In this document: positions 1 to 9,976 of the stretch, piece after piece
Layout: each line of letters opens with the position of its first letter
Numbering within the stretch: the first letter of the stretch is position 1
Assembly: GCA_017439555.1 (NCBI GenBank)
Contig: JAFSIZ010000186.1
Coordinates: forward strand, 390-64,389
From: Oscillospiraceae bacterium
GTDB lineage: Bacteria; Bacillota; Clostridia; Oscillospirales; JAAYXM01
DNA: 64,000 nucleotides
Direction of reading: 5' to 3'
Program-made: the position numbers and the translations under genes
Notes under the pieces: generated by a model
Seen by the model: only the letters and a program-made list of their open reading frames with translations
Databases searched by the model: none
What the model was told of the DNA's origin: nothing

Positions 1-119
1 TATATTGACACTTTCATCTGCGTTTGCTATAATAAAAACGCATCAGCATATGGGCGTATGCCGGATGAATGCTGTTGTTTCCGGTTGCGTTCCATATCAG
101 AGGAAAAGGAGAATGATTT

Positions 120-1289
120 ATGAAAAGAACAGTAGCATTCATATTATGCCTGGCGCTCTGTGTCAGTATGCTTACAATGTTTGCATCGGCAAGAGATGTT
201 TCCCATGAAAATGCAGTAGCAGAAGAGCTGAAGGTTCTCAACCTGTTCAAAGGCGTTTCCGAAACGAATTTTGATCTTGACCGCGCACCGACAAGAATCG
301 AAGCCCTTGTTATGCTTATCCGCGTTCTCGGAAAAGAGAACGAAGCCCTTTCGGGCAGCTGGAGCCATCCGTTCAGGGATGTTCCGCAATGGGCGGATAA
401 ATATGTCGGATATGCATATACAAATAAGCTGACAAACGGCGTTTCCGCAACCGAATTCGGAAGCGGAAATGCAAGCAGTGCAATGTATCTGACGTTTGTA
501 TTGCGCGCACTCGGATATTCCGATGCAAACGGAAAGGATTTTACCTGGGACAATCCTTATGAGCTTGGGAATTCCTGCGGAATTCTTCCTGTGAGCGTTG
601 ATATCAAAAATTTCCTGCGCGCAGATGTAGCGCTCATTTCCCATGCAGCTCTTGAATGCGCCATCAAGGGGCAAAATGCAAAGCTTTCTGAGAAGCTTAT
701 CCGCGAAGGCGTTTTTTCGGCAGAGCAATACAGCGATAATTATGATATGTTCAAGCATACAGTTCCTTCCGACAAATATGACGCATTCAATGCGTTGAAA
801 ATGTTTGTTATTGCAAATGGCGAATATATAAAGAGTGAGCTCTATGGAATGAATACCGATTCATATATGACTCATTTTGTGAATCAGGATGCCGCCACAG
901 AATTCGATATTGAGTATATTATTTCCACAGCTGCGCTCAGAATAACAGAGACGCGCTATATGTCAGACAGAAGCTATTTCAAGGTAACTGTTGTGCTCAA
1001 CTCGGAGAATGCTCTCAGTGACGGAATGAAGGTGTTCGGTGAGCTCGTTGACGGAAGTGAAAAGCTCTCCGGCATAGGAACTGTTATTCCGGAAACCTTC
1101 AGGGAAAACACGCCGTTTACATATAGCTTGTGGCCTGAGTGGCAGCACGGCTCGGCTTACACAAAGAAGGACTGTGAGGATGCCACAGCGACAATACTTG
1201 CGTCTATGCTCGACATATTGCAATCCGTATGCAGAACTTATAACGTTCCCGTTACTGTTGCAGACCTCGGTTTTGAAAGCATATTCTGA
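120..1289 (+). CDS. Secreted protein with signal peptide, SLH-like repeats and a C-terminal domain of unknown function
   Basis: AAAGGAG RBS about 8 nt upstream. Hydrophobic N-terminus AFILCLALCVSMLTMFASA. SLH-like segment FRDVPQWADKYVGYAYTNKLTNGVS. The C-terminal tail VTVADLGFESIF recurs in the ORFs at 29261 and 29920. Confidence 0.6.
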   Translation: MKRTVAFILCLALCVSMLTMFASARDVSHENAVAEELKVLNLFKGVSETNFDLDRAPTRIEALVMLIRVLGKENEALSGSWSHPFRDVPQWADKYVGYAYTNKLTNGVSATEFGSGNASSAMYLTFVLRALGYSDANGKDFTWDNPYELGNSCGILPVSVDIKNFLRADVALISHAALECAIKGQNAKLSEKLIREGVFSAEQYSDNYDMFKHTVPSDKYDAFNALKMFVIANGEYIKSELYGMNTDSYMTHFVNQDAATEFDIEYIISTAALRITETRYMSDRSYFKVTVVLNSENALSDGMKVFGELVDGSEKLSGIGTVIPETFRENTPFTYSLWPEWQHGSAYTKKDCEDATATILASMLDILQSVCRTYNVPVTVADLGFESIF

Positions 1290-1356
1290 GAAAAGAAATA
1301 CGGAAAAATCCGCGATTGCAAATAAGGATAGCTTTTAAGATAAAATATAGTCTTGT

Positions 1357-1413
1357 AAACGCTCCCTTTTAGTGATATTATTCAAGTATCATAAAAAAGA
1401 GGAGCGTTTTATA
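1357..1413 (+). terminator. Probable intrinsic terminator after the SLH-like gene
   Basis: aaacgctcc (1357-1365) pairs with ggagcgttt (1401-1409) and is followed by TTTT. The loop is long, so the call is weak. Confidence 0.4.
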
Positions 1414-1487
1414 TATCAGCGCATCGCTTTTTTAAATCACAAATAACAGACAGGAAAAACATATATGACATTGAGGAGGCTTTATAA

Positions 1488-2726
1488 ATGAGCAGATACT
1501 CACAGGCAAAGGACATATATGCCGCATATGGCATCGATACGGAATATGCTTTGGACAAGCTCCGTGACGTCTGCATTTCCGTCCACTGCTGGCAGGGCGA
1601 TGACGTCATCGGCTTTGACAGCCGTGAAGCACTTTCCGGCGGAATACAGACGACAGGAAACTATCCCGGCCGCGCGAGGAGCTTTGAGGAGCTCTGCGCA
1701 GATATCGATGTTGCGCTTTCGCTCATCCCGGGCAAGAAAAAGCTCAATCTCCATGCAAGCTATGCCGTTGCTGAGGGCGAGCCGGCAGGGCGCGATGAAA
1801 TCGAGCCGAAGCATTTTGAAAAATGGGTTGAGTTTGCAAAGAAGCGCGGAATGGGACTTGATTTCAACCCGACCTTTTTCGCGCATCCGATGGTAAAGGA
1901 CGGGCTCACGCTTTCCTCACCCGATGAGGAGGTGCGCGCCTATTGGGTCAACCACGGTCGCGCCTGCATCAGAATCGCACAGTATTTTGCAGAGGAGACG
2001 GGCGTTCCCTGTGTTATGAACATATGGATTCCCGACGGATACAAGGATATCCCGGCCGACCGCCTATCCCCCCGCGCAAGATTCAAGAAATCACTCGATG
2101 AAATTCTCGACACGCCCTATGACAAATCAAAGGTATATGTCACGCTCGAATCAAAGGTGTTCGGCATCGGTGTTGAGAGCTATACTGTCGGCAACGCGGA
2201 GTTCTGCCTCTCCTATTCGGATCACAAGGGCATCACGCCGCTTATGGACAACGGCCACTATCACCCGACCGAGGTGGTTTCGGACAAGATTTCTTCGCTT
2301 CTGCTATTCAACGAGAAGATTGCGCTCCACATCACGCGCGGCGTGCGCTGGGATAGCGACCACGTCATCCTGCTCGATGATGAGACGAAGGAGATTGCAA
2401 AGGAGATTGTCAGAAACGATGCGCTTGAGCGCGTGTTCATCGCAACGGACTATTTCGATGCATCAATAAACCGCATCTCGGCATGGGTAACAGGTGTCAG
2501 AAATGTGCAGAAGGCTCTGCTCGCGGCGCTGCTCGAGCCGTCTGAAGCTATGAAGAAGCTTCAGGAGGAGGGGCGCCTTACCGAGCTTATGGTGCTCTCG
2601 GAGGAGCTGAAGCTCGCGCCGCTCGGCGATATATGGAATGAATTCCTCGAAAGAGAAGGAAAAGAGAAGGACTATTTTGCAAAAATCAAAGAATATGAAG
2701 AAAAGGTTTTGGTGAAAAGAATATGA
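1488..2726 (+). CDS. rhaA: L-rhamnose isomerase
   Basis: 412 aa with a GAGGAGG RBS. The N-terminal block ...ISVHCWQGDDV... and the overall length match the RhaA family. It is followed by rhaD and rhaM. Confidence 0.88.
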   Translation: MSRYSQAKDIYAAYGIDTEYALDKLRDVCISVHCWQGDDVIGFDSREALSGGIQTTGNYPGRARSFEELCADIDVALSLIPGKKKLNLHASYAVAEGEPAGRDEIEPKHFEKWVEFAKKRGMGLDFNPTFFAHPMVKDGLTLSSPDEEVRAYWVNHGRACIRIAQYFAEETGVPCVMNIWIPDGYKDIPADRLSPRARFKKSLDEILDTPYDKSKVYVTLESKVFGIGVESYTVGNAEFCLSYSDHKGITPLMDNGHYHPTEVVSDKISSLLLFNEKIALHITRGVRWDSDHVILLDDETKEIAKEIVRNDALERVFIATDYFDASINRISAWVTGVRNVQKALLAALLEPSEAMKKLQEEGRLTELMVLSEELKLAPLGDIWNEFLEREGKEKDYFAKIKEYEEKVLVKRI

Positions 2727-3535
2727 AGAACATACTCAACGCTCCGTTTGTGGAGGAAATGAAAAAGACCTGCTCAAATATGTACCGCCTCGGCTGGGAC
2801 GAGCGCAACGGCGGCAACATCAGCTATATGCTCGATGAGGCAGAGGTCGCGGAATATCTCGATCTCGGCAATGTCATCAGAACAATACCGACAGGGTTTG
2901 ATGCAACGCCGCTCATCGGCAAAATTTTCATCGTTACGGGAACGGGAAAATATTTCAAGAACGTCGAGGATGACCCGGAAAATAACCTCGGAATCATCCG
3001 CATCGCAAAGGACGGTACAACTACCGAGCTGCTCTGGGGATATCGTGACGGCGGCAAGTTCACGAGCGAATTCCCTGCACATCTTATGAGCCATATGGCA
3101 AGGCTCGAGGTTGACCCGAAAAACCGTGTTGTCATCCATTCCCACCCGACAAATATCCTCGCAATGAACTATGTTCACGAGCTCGATGAAAAGAAATTCA
3201 CACACACGCTCTGGGAGATGTGCACAGAATGTATCGTCATATTCCCCGAGGGCATCGGCATCCTTCCATGGATGCTCTGCGGCAACAATGATATCGGTTA
3301 TGCAACAGCTGAGAAGATGCACGATTTCCGCGTCGTCGTCTGGGGTATGCACGGCGTCTACGGTGCAGGCAAGGACCTCGACGAGACCTTCGGGCTTATC
3401 GAAACCGTTGAGAAGGCGGCACAGATATTTATGCTCACCGCCCATCTTCCGAGGATAAACACAATCCGCGACGATGAGCTCCGCACGCTTGCAGAGGCTT
3501 TCGGCGTCGATTACCGCAAGGATTTTCTCGATTGA
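2723..3535 (+). CDS. rhaD: Rhamnulose-1-phosphate aldolase (class II aldolase/adducin fold)
   Basis: 270 aa. ATGA stop/start overlap with rhaA. Motifs GWDERNGGNIS and HSHPTN are typical of class II aldolases. Lies within the rha cluster. Confidence 0.82.
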   Translation: MKNILNAPFVEEMKKTCSNMYRLGWDERNGGNISYMLDEAEVAEYLDLGNVIRTIPTGFDATPLIGKIFIVTGTGKYFKNVEDDPENNLGIIRIAKDGTTTELLWGYRDGGKFTSEFPAHLMSHMARLEVDPKNRVVIHSHPTNILAMNYVHELDEKKFTHTLWEMCTECIVIFPEGIGILPWMLCGNNDIGYATAEKMHDFRVVVWGMHGVYGAGKDLDETFGLIETVEKAAQIFMLTAHLPRINTIRDDELRTLAEAFGVDYRKDFLD

Positions 3536-3575
3536 TAAACCGCAGTGTGCGGATTTTCAGGAAAGGATATGACCT

Positions 3576-3890
3576 ATGATAAGAAAATCGTTTAAAATGA
3601 AGCTTTATCCGGGTAAGGCGGCAGAATATGAGAAGCGCCACAAGGAGCTTTGGGATGAAATGAAAGAAATGATCCACGAATACGGCGGAAGCAATTATTC
3701 AATATTCCTCGATGAGGAAACGAACATCCTCTATGGGTATATCGAGCTTAGCGACGAGGAGCTTTGGGCAAAATCGGCAGATACGGAAATCTGCCGTAAG
3801 TGGTGGCATTTTATGGCGGATATTATGGAAACCAATCCCGACGAAAGCCCCGTTTCGGTTGACCTCAGGCCCGTGTTCCATCTCGACTGA
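3576..3890 (+). CDS. rhaM: L-rhamnose mutarotase
   Basis: 104 aa. MIRKSFKMKLYPGKAAEYEKRH...W and the length are characteristic of the RhaM/YiiL family. Confidence 0.82.
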   Translation: MIRKSFKMKLYPGKAAEYEKRHKELWDEMKEMIHEYGGSNYSIFLDEETNILYGYIELSDEELWAKSADTEICRKWWHFMADIMETNPDESPVSVDLRPVFHLD

Positions 3891-3907
3891 AAAGCGAAGA
3901 CAACAAA

Positions 3908-3941
3908 AATAAAACCTCGTTTTGCGAGGTTTTATTTTTTT
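3908..3941 (+). terminator. Intrinsic terminator of the rha genes
   Basis: aaaacctcg-ttttg-cgaggtttt hairpin followed by a T-run. Confidence 0.8.
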
Positions 3942-4067
3942 ATATTTTCGCATTGCGGTGCGAAAGTCGGTGTTTGCTATGATAATGTCTCTTGTAACGA
4001 GGATATATCTGTGTTATAATATAAAAGTAAAAATATTTCAGCACAGAAAGGAAAAATAAATATCGCT

Positions 4068-4271
4068 ATGAAAATCAGTTATAACAAGCTCTGGAAGCTT
4101 CTTGTAGATAAGAAAATGAGCAAAGCCGATCTCAGGAAAGTCGCTGAAATCGCGCCCAACACAATGACGAAAATGCGCAGAGACGAGGTTGTATCCATAA
4201 ATGTTCTGCTTCGCATCTGTGATAAATTAGATTGCAACATCGGAGAAATAATGGATGTTGAGAGGGGATGA
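4068..4271 (+). CDS. Small XRE/Cro-type helix-turn-helix (HTH) transcriptional regulator
   Basis: 67 aa. MSKADLRKVAEIAPNTMTKMRRDEVVSINVLLRICDKLDCNIGEIMD fits the short HTH_26/YozG-like pattern. Confidence 0.7.
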   Translation: MKISYNKLWKLLVDKKMSKADLRKVAEIAPNTMTKMRRDEVVSINVLLRICDKLDCNIGEIMDVERG

Positions 4272-4382
4272 TGTTTAAGATGGATGACCTGCGTTACTAT
4301 GGATTGTAAATAAGAAAACCACTGCTACCGCACAGGAATTGTTAGATACCCCGGCATAGATATAAATTTGGAGGAATTTATT

Positions 4383-6263
4383 ATGACAAGAGATATCAGA
4401 CAAGCGGTTGGAAGACCCGATAATTCGGTATTTATCAGGAAATGTATTATTTACGGCATTATTTTGGTGCTGATGCTGTTTGCCGCGCCGTCAATTTTCG
4501 AAAAGCTCCTTCCGGAAACGGCTGCCAAGGGCATCCTGTCGGCATGGTATGCCGTGTTCCTGCCTCTGACAGCCATCATTATGGCATTCGGGCTGTTTAA
4601 GTGCTGGCGTCGCCGCTGGCCGCTTGCCTATATGGACAACTACAGACGCGCGGCAAAGGACAACGGCTATAAAACTTGCCCACGCTGCAGCGCGGCCTTT
4701 GATCTGAAAACGCGCTCACGTTCTTACAGTACCAAGGTTGGCGAAAAGATCACCACAACTACCTACAGTGACGGTAGCCAAAGCAAGCATGTAGAGGATA
4801 TCAAGGGAACGAGAGTATCGGTTGAGAACTACTATGTATGCTCAAATAGCTCCTGCGGATTGGAACCGGATAAGAACTACAGCCAGAGCCATCTGCCCTG
4901 GAGAATGAGTGAGATACGCGCTTTGGTGCTCTGTGAAAGCAAAACGTCCGGCAAAATCCGATTGCCGCGATCTTCTAAATCTGCAAGCAGCCTGACGCTC
5001 TCCCGACTGACGGCACCATTCATCGCCGTAGTGCTGGTTGCGGTCGCTGTGATTCTCATTATGAACTATTCCAGTTGGTATGAAGGCGAATGGACCTATG
5101 TTACCGCTGACAAGCAGTCCTCACGCTCTGCCGAGCAATATCAGAACTATCTGCTGTCGCTCGATACAGGATATGCCAATTGGCACGTTACCTATGAAAA
5201 GGATTCCACCACGATGATGAACTACCTTGCCAAATTCATCAAGCTTGGAAAGACCACAGGCTACACTGTTGGCGGATATAATGCGGATGGCTACACCGTT
5301 TATGACTATCGATTTGAAGGTGACGATGCAGGAACGGGGATTCCCGAAGGCTGGTATACCCTGACAAGGATTGATGGCATCAACGTGCTTATCGACGAAG
5401 AGAACGAAGCTATTTACAAAGAAGGCAGCGAGTTTTACAAGACATATGCACCGAAGCTGAGAGCGCTTACCCACGATAAAGCCCTCGCTTCCGTCTTTGA
5501 GAAAACCTCCGGCGGCGAGCACGCTCTCCACGGCTCCAACGATTCCTGGATGGAATATATCCGCAAGGATAACAGTATGGTGTTCTCCTATCTGCTGCCG
5601 GGCGACGTTTCCAAAATCAGCGGTGATGAATTCCGCGCTGTCACCACATATCCGGAAGAGCAGATGGAGGAAAGATGGTATTTTACATATGGAACCGGCG
5701 ATTATTATCCCGATGATTGGGAAGGATTCTCCTATGCCGATGACAATGCTTTCAGCACCGATGATGAACTTGGCAAACTGATGAAAAAGTCCTTCGATGA
5801 CAGCGGCAGCGTGGCATTTTGCAAAAACGATGAAGTAGTATTGGGAATTTCCGTTGATTACTTCCCCAACGGCTATGACTTTGAGATCGAAGTCGCGGCA
5901 GAAGGCCACGAGAGAGGCTTTGAAGAAGATATGGTATACCGCATCAATACCACCGACAAAACTCTGACCAAAATTGAAAACTACGATTTTGAAGATGAAA
6001 AAAGAACGGATATGCCATTGTCTAAGCATCGGGATAAATATGATTTCCTGCTCAGTATCGTTCCCCATACCTACATCCGAAGAGTTATCGATATAGATAA
6101 GGCGGAAACAAGAAGAGAAAGCGTCGGCCTTGTGAAAATCTATGAAATGAAAGACGGAAACGGCAATGTTACCGCTGATATGAAACTGGCATTCGGTAAA
6201 ATCGGCGAGGTAAATCACTACACCGCAGAAGATGAATATGTAAAAATCGAATTAGGTTATTGA
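4383..6263 (+). CDS. Membrane protein: 2 TM, zinc ribbon, TM, large extracytoplasmic domain (function unknown)
   Basis: GGAGG RBS 8 nt before the ATG at 4383; the ORF track begins at TTG 4368. CPRC...CSNSSC zinc-ribbon pattern and hydrophobic helices. The C-terminal half is paralogous to the next ORF. Confidence 0.6.
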   Translation: MTRDIRQAVGRPDNSVFIRKCIIYGIILVLMLFAAPSIFEKLLPETAAKGILSAWYAVFLPLTAIIMAFGLFKCWRRRWPLAYMDNYRRAAKDNGYKTCPRCSAAFDLKTRSRSYSTKVGEKITTTTYSDGSQSKHVEDIKGTRVSVENYYVCSNSSCGLEPDKNYSQSHLPWRMSEIRALVLCESKTSGKIRLPRSSKSASSLTLSRLTAPFIAVVLVAVAVILIMNYSSWYEGEWTYVTADKQSSRSAEQYQNYLLSLDTGYANWHVTYEKDSTTMMNYLAKFIKLGKTTGYTVGGYNADGYTVYDYRFEGDDAGTGIPEGWYTLTRIDGINVLIDEENEAIYKEGSEFYKTYAPKLRALTHDKALASVFEKTSGGEHALHGSNDSWMEYIRKDNSMVFSYLLPGDVSKISGDEFRAVTTYPEEQMEERWYFTYGTGDYYPDDWEGFSYADDNAFSTDDELGKLMKKSFDDSGSVAFCKNDEVVLGISVDYFPNGYDFEIEVAAEGHERGFEEDMVYRINTTDKTLTKIENYDFEDEKRTDMPLSKHRDKYDFLLSIVPHTYIRRVIDIDKAETRRESVGLVKIYEMKDGNGNVTADMKLAFGKIGEVNHYTAEDEYVKIELGY

Positions 6264-6287
6264 TTACATTATATGGAGGAATAGATT

Positions 6288-7736
6288 ATGGGACGCTGTG
6301 CAAAATGCGGAATGCCAATGCCCGGAGATGGATCCGGTTTCGTGTGCTTGAATTGCGAGAGAGAAGAATTCGAGAAGAGAGCTCGCGAAGCTCGAAGGGG
6401 TGCTGAGGAAAATAAGGCTCAGACTGCAAATAAAAACCAGGGCAGGGTAAGGTTTTGGAACGATAAAGACGGAAACCTCGTCAGAGAATTCGCCGACGGG
6501 ACCAGAATAGTAACCACAAAGGGCGAGATTCGCCGCGGTTTCTGGGGGGCGGTTGCCATCATTCTTGCGGTGGTAGTTGCTATTGGTTTTGTCTTGATTA
6601 AGTTTGTATTCACTCCTCATTCCATCGAAAGCAGTTTTAGCGGCGAAGGTGCAGAGAATCTTGTGGTTACTGCTCCTCTTGGCGAGGAAGAAAACGCACT
6701 TCTTGCTCAGATCCGCACCATTGTCAAGGATGCAAAAGAATACGAGCTTCGTGTAACACAGTCCGAACCTAATTTGTTTGTAGGGGACAAAATTGCCGTC
6801 ACCCGCTGTTTTGCGGATGATAAATTCGGCGAGGGATTTACAGTCGATTTCAAGGGGCTTACGAGTGATTCGGGACTTAAGGGCAAATATACACTAATGA
6901 AATACGACGGCAAAATTTGCGTTTTCTGCGATAAGGACGAAACCATCTATCCGCCCGATTCAGATTATTATAAAACACATTATGAAGCTCTCGCAAAATG
7001 GAACGGCAAGGCGATGATTACGGAGCTTCTCGACAAGATACAAACAGGTGAGGTTTTTGAAAAATATACCGATATGTTTGTGCTGAGGTCGGATAAATTC
7101 AGCGTATTTGTCGCACAGGACGGCTCAGTTCGGTTGCTCGATGAAACCGGCGAAAAAGCTAAGCTTTACACCTTTACTCTCGTGGATACCGCAAAGCCCG
7201 AAAATTATGCCGACTATAAACCGCTGGGCTTCGAGGACAACGAAACCGACGAGCTGCAGAAGCTCCTGAACAAAGCCGACTATGATGCCACCATGAAGTG
7301 GTATGCAGGTGGTGAGAGCAAAGGCGAAATCGAAGTTATCGACAACGGAGACGGCTCCTATACGTTTACAAACGCCTATAATCCGACAAACAGGATAGCT
7401 TCCGGCAAATACATCCTCTATCCTGACGAAAGCCGTTATGAGTATTATAAATATACCAATCCCGAATATTACACGCTTTCCGATACACCTGAAAAATACA
7501 CTGCGAAAAACAGCCCCGATATATACAAACTGCTGTGTGATATGATTCCGGAAAATTACGTAAAGGCGCATCTGAATCTTGATAACGCGAAAAAAGGCGG
7601 CGTGCCGCTGCTTGAAACCACTTATACGGAGGATTTCGGCAACGGCAGAATGGCTGTGCTTGAAGTGGAGCTCGGAGGCAAAATGAGCTTTGAATATCAC
7701 GAAGGCGAAGACAATTACGTCGAGATTGATTGGTGA
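6288..7736 (+). CDS. Zinc-ribbon, TM, extracytoplasmic-domain protein; paralogue of the 4383 ORF
   Basis: GGAGG RBS. CAKCGMPM...CLNCE zinc ribbon. TM helix FWGAVAIILAVVVAIGFVLIKFVF. Blocks shared with the previous ORF include GKYTLMKYDGK/GWYTLTRIDGI, YYKTHYEAL/FYKTYAPKL and GEDNYVEIDW/AEDEYVKIELGY. Confidence 0.6.
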   Translation: MGRCAKCGMPMPGDGSGFVCLNCEREEFEKRAREARRGAEENKAQTANKNQGRVRFWNDKDGNLVREFADGTRIVTTKGEIRRGFWGAVAIILAVVVAIGFVLIKFVFTPHSIESSFSGEGAENLVVTAPLGEEENALLAQIRTIVKDAKEYELRVTQSEPNLFVGDKIAVTRCFADDKFGEGFTVDFKGLTSDSGLKGKYTLMKYDGKICVFCDKDETIYPPDSDYYKTHYEALAKWNGKAMITELLDKIQTGEVFEKYTDMFVLRSDKFSVFVAQDGSVRLLDETGEKAKLYTFTLVDTAKPENYADYKPLGFEDNETDELQKLLNKADYDATMKWYAGGESKGEIEVIDNGDGSYTFTNAYNPTNRIASGKYILYPDESRYEYYKYTNPEYYTLSDTPEKYTAKNSPDIYKLLCDMIPENYVKAHLNLDNAKKGGVPLLETTYTEDFGNGRMAVLEVELGGKMSFEYHEGEDNYVEIDW

Positions 7737-7790
7737 TTCGCAAACCGCAACCGATACGCCTGAAAGCGCAGAATGTAAGGAGGTATAACG

Positions 7791-8492
7791 ATGGAGCAAA
7801 ACTTACGCTTAAACAAGGCATACAAAGAACTACTTGAGGTTTTGGCTAAACAAGATGAGCAGCTCCAGAGCATCATTTCCATACAGTATAAATTTTACAG
7901 CGCCATATCGGATTTGCGCTATTGGGCGTTCCGTGAGGAAGAAAAAGCATTCGTGCGTGAATGTGAACTGAAAATGATTCCCTATTACCAAAGAGCGCTG
8001 GAAGAGGAATATCAAAAGTTCAAGGTGCAAAAAGAAATCGGATATCCGGATTATACAGTGATGGAATCCTGGACTCTTACTGTGGACAAAAACGGTAACC
8101 CGGTAAAGACAACGGTCGTTGATGTGCAAAAGGGCAAACCGGTTTACGCTGACGGTTGCATAGGTATAGAAATCGCAGATGAAGCACGAAGTGTTGGCAA
8201 CTGTCGTTATGAATTGAGACAATGGATTGAGTCCGACACAAACGTATACGAATTAAAAGTGGCGGCAGAAGAACTAAAGAAAAAAGGCGCGCTTGGTATG
8301 TCCCCTTCCCCTGAGCCGAATTACGATCTGAGCGGACTGAGCGGCGGACAGCTGGATGCGGCGGCCTGGCAAAACTATGCCATTGCAAACGGAATGGTAC
8401 GCCGCACCGACTACGACGAAGTGTTGGATAAACTTTTGGTGGCAATTGATAAGTGTATCGACTTTTATGAAAAAGCCATCTCCATTGTTTAA
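7791..8492 (+). CDS. Hypothetical protein
   Basis: 233-aa ORF with an AAGGAGG RBS, co-directional in the operon. No motif recognised. Confidence 0.5.
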   Translation: MEQNLRLNKAYKELLEVLAKQDEQLQSIISIQYKFYSAISDLRYWAFREEEKAFVRECELKMIPYYQRALEEEYQKFKVQKEIGYPDYTVMESWTLTVDKNGNPVKTTVVDVQKGKPVYADGCIGIEIADEARSVGNCRYELRQWIESDTNVYELKVAAEELKKKGALGMSPSPEPNYDLSGLSGGQLDAAAWQNYAIANGMVRRTDYDEVLDKLLVAIDKCIDFYEKAISIV

Positions 8493-8509
8493 AAGCGGGG
8501 TGAAGAAGT

Positions 8510-9070
8510 GTGGGCAAAGCAATCAGGATTATAGCGAAAAAAGCCCCCGAAGGCTATGACCTCGGTGCAAGCAAATTCTTCGGCACACCCACTGTTCCCC
8601 TTGCGTGGAATGACGGTTTCGATGATGACGAGATTTTTTTCTGCCAGATAAGGCTTTCCGATATAGCTGTGCTTGATAAGGAAAATAAATTGCCGCATAC
8701 GGGTTATCTCTATGTTTTCCTGCATACCGAGGACGGAAAATATTACCTCGGCGCAGACGTCAGGTATCATGACGGCGAGCCTGAGCTTGCGCTCGATGAT
8801 TTCAATGCTGTTGTCGATGGCTTTGAGAGCTACACCCAAGGCTACTTGATGGAGTTCTCCGAGGTGGACGAAGACGAGGTTTGCACGCGCCTTTTCGGCA
8901 TACCGAGTGATTGGAACTATCAGAACGAGCCGCCGAAGCTTTTGATGCAATATGATCCACTGGATAATGAAATGGATTTTCTCGACACTCTGGACGGATT
9001 TGTTTACTTGTTTTTTGGGGAGCAGCAAGAGGATTTCGGCGCGATAACGCTGTGGGAAGAATATTCATAA
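8510..9070 (+). CDS. DUF1963 / YwqG-like protein
   Basis: GASKFFGTPTVPLAWN...IFFCQIRLSDI...LPHTGYLYVFLH and the C-terminal LLMQYDPLD...GFVYLFF follow the DUF1963 pattern as I remember it. GTG start. Confidence 0.6.
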   Translation: MGKAIRIIAKKAPEGYDLGASKFFGTPTVPLAWNDGFDDDEIFFCQIRLSDIAVLDKENKLPHTGYLYVFLHTEDGKYYLGADVRYHDGEPELALDDFNAVVDGFESYTQGYLMEFSEVDEDEVCTRLFGIPSDWNYQNEPPKLLMQYDPLDNEMDFLDTLDGFVYLFFGEQQEDFGAITLWEEYS

Positions 9071-9095
9071 CTGTATCGGAAAAGAGGTTGCAATA

Positions 9096-9428
9096 ATGGA
9101 TGAATATTGTTTAATAATGAAATGGGATTATGAATACGACAAGGAAAGCACTTGGTATGACGAGGACAGCGGCGAAGAGCGGTATGAATTAGCTGATGGC
9201 GCCCGGTATCCGTTGCCCCACGAGGATTCGATAAAGGTCGTAATTGAATCTGTTGCAAAAGACGGTGACACTGTCAAAGCCGAAGTGTATGTTGACCATC
9301 ATACCGTTACGGTCGTGAGCGGCGGAGAACCTGTTGTCACACACGCAAGCAACAGCTATTCCGTTGCAGGCGACTCGGTTCACGAAAGCTGGAGTCTCGT
9401 ATTTTCGATAGAGCAGAAAAAGGAATAA
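9096..9428 (+). CDS. Hypothetical small acidic protein
   Basis: 110-aa ORF with an AGAGG RBS. Last gene before the terminator. Confidence 0.45.
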   Translation: MDEYCLIMKWDYEYDKESTWYDEDSGEERYELADGARYPLPHEDSIKVVIESVAKDGDTVKAEVYVDHHTVTVVSGGEPVVTHASNSYSVAGDSVHESWSLVFSIEQKKE

Positions 9429-9430
9429 AC

Positions 9431-9464
9431 AAAAGCGAGGTGCATTTCACCTCGCTTTTTGTTT
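9431..9464 (+). terminator. Intrinsic terminator (copy 1 of a duplicated hairpin)
   Basis: aaaagcgaggtg-cattt-cacctcgcttttt. Nearly identical to the hairpin at 10641-10675. Confidence 0.8.
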
Positions 9465-9604
9465 GCGAACAAGGTATGAGGGGCAAGCGGAGAAAATTAA
9501 TATATAAAAAGCTTTGCTGAAAATAAAACATATCCAAGTTCGTATGTCTTATAATATACTTGCTTATTCAAAATTGTATCGAATGATCGTTTTCTTGTTT
9601 GTGC

Positions 9605-9633
9605 TTGCAATATCAACTATAGAATTGTATAAT
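9605..9633 (+). promoter_or_regulatory. Sigma-A-type promoter of the zinc-ribbon/YbjQ cassette
   Basis: TTGCAA, 17-nt spacer, TG-TATAAT (extended -10), about 20 nt upstream of the RBS of the 9655 ORF. Confidence 0.6.
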
Positions 9634-9654
9634 TAAATAAAAGGAGATGATTCT

Positions 9655-9957
9655 ATGAATGCTCTTGCCTGCGAAAACTGTGGGGCTACTGCTATTGTTC
9701 GAAAAAATGGTTATTGGATTTGTCCTTATTGTGATTCCCATTTTGTCGTGGCCGAAGGCGAACGCAAAAACGGATTGTTGGGTAACGATCACCAGTCAGC
9801 ATTATCTCACAGTGGGGCGGAATCAGCTATTGCCTTGGATGATGATGTACAAATGCTACTTAATAAATGTAAAACTGACTCGAGAAATGCTAGAAAATAT
9901 GCAAATCTAATACTTGATATTGATCCTGACAACGAGGAAGCCTTGAAGTATATATAA
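9655..9957 (+). CDS. Zinc-ribbon protein with helical (TPR-like) tail
   Basis: CENCG...CPYCDSHF zinc ribbon. The C-terminal ...ARKYANLILDIDPDNEEALKYI resembles a TPR-like helix pair. Confidence 0.5.
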   Translation: MNALACENCGATAIVRKNGYWICPYCDSHFVVAEGERKNGLLGNDHQSALSHSGAESAIALDDDVQMLLNKCKTDSRNARKYANLILDIDPDNEEALKYI

Positions 9958-9976
9958 AGATAGAGAGGGATAAAAT

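Noticed and set aside
5121-6218. 365-aa minus-strand ORF
   Set aside because: It is antisense to the 4383-6263 gene, whose paralogy with the next gene supports the plus-strand frame.
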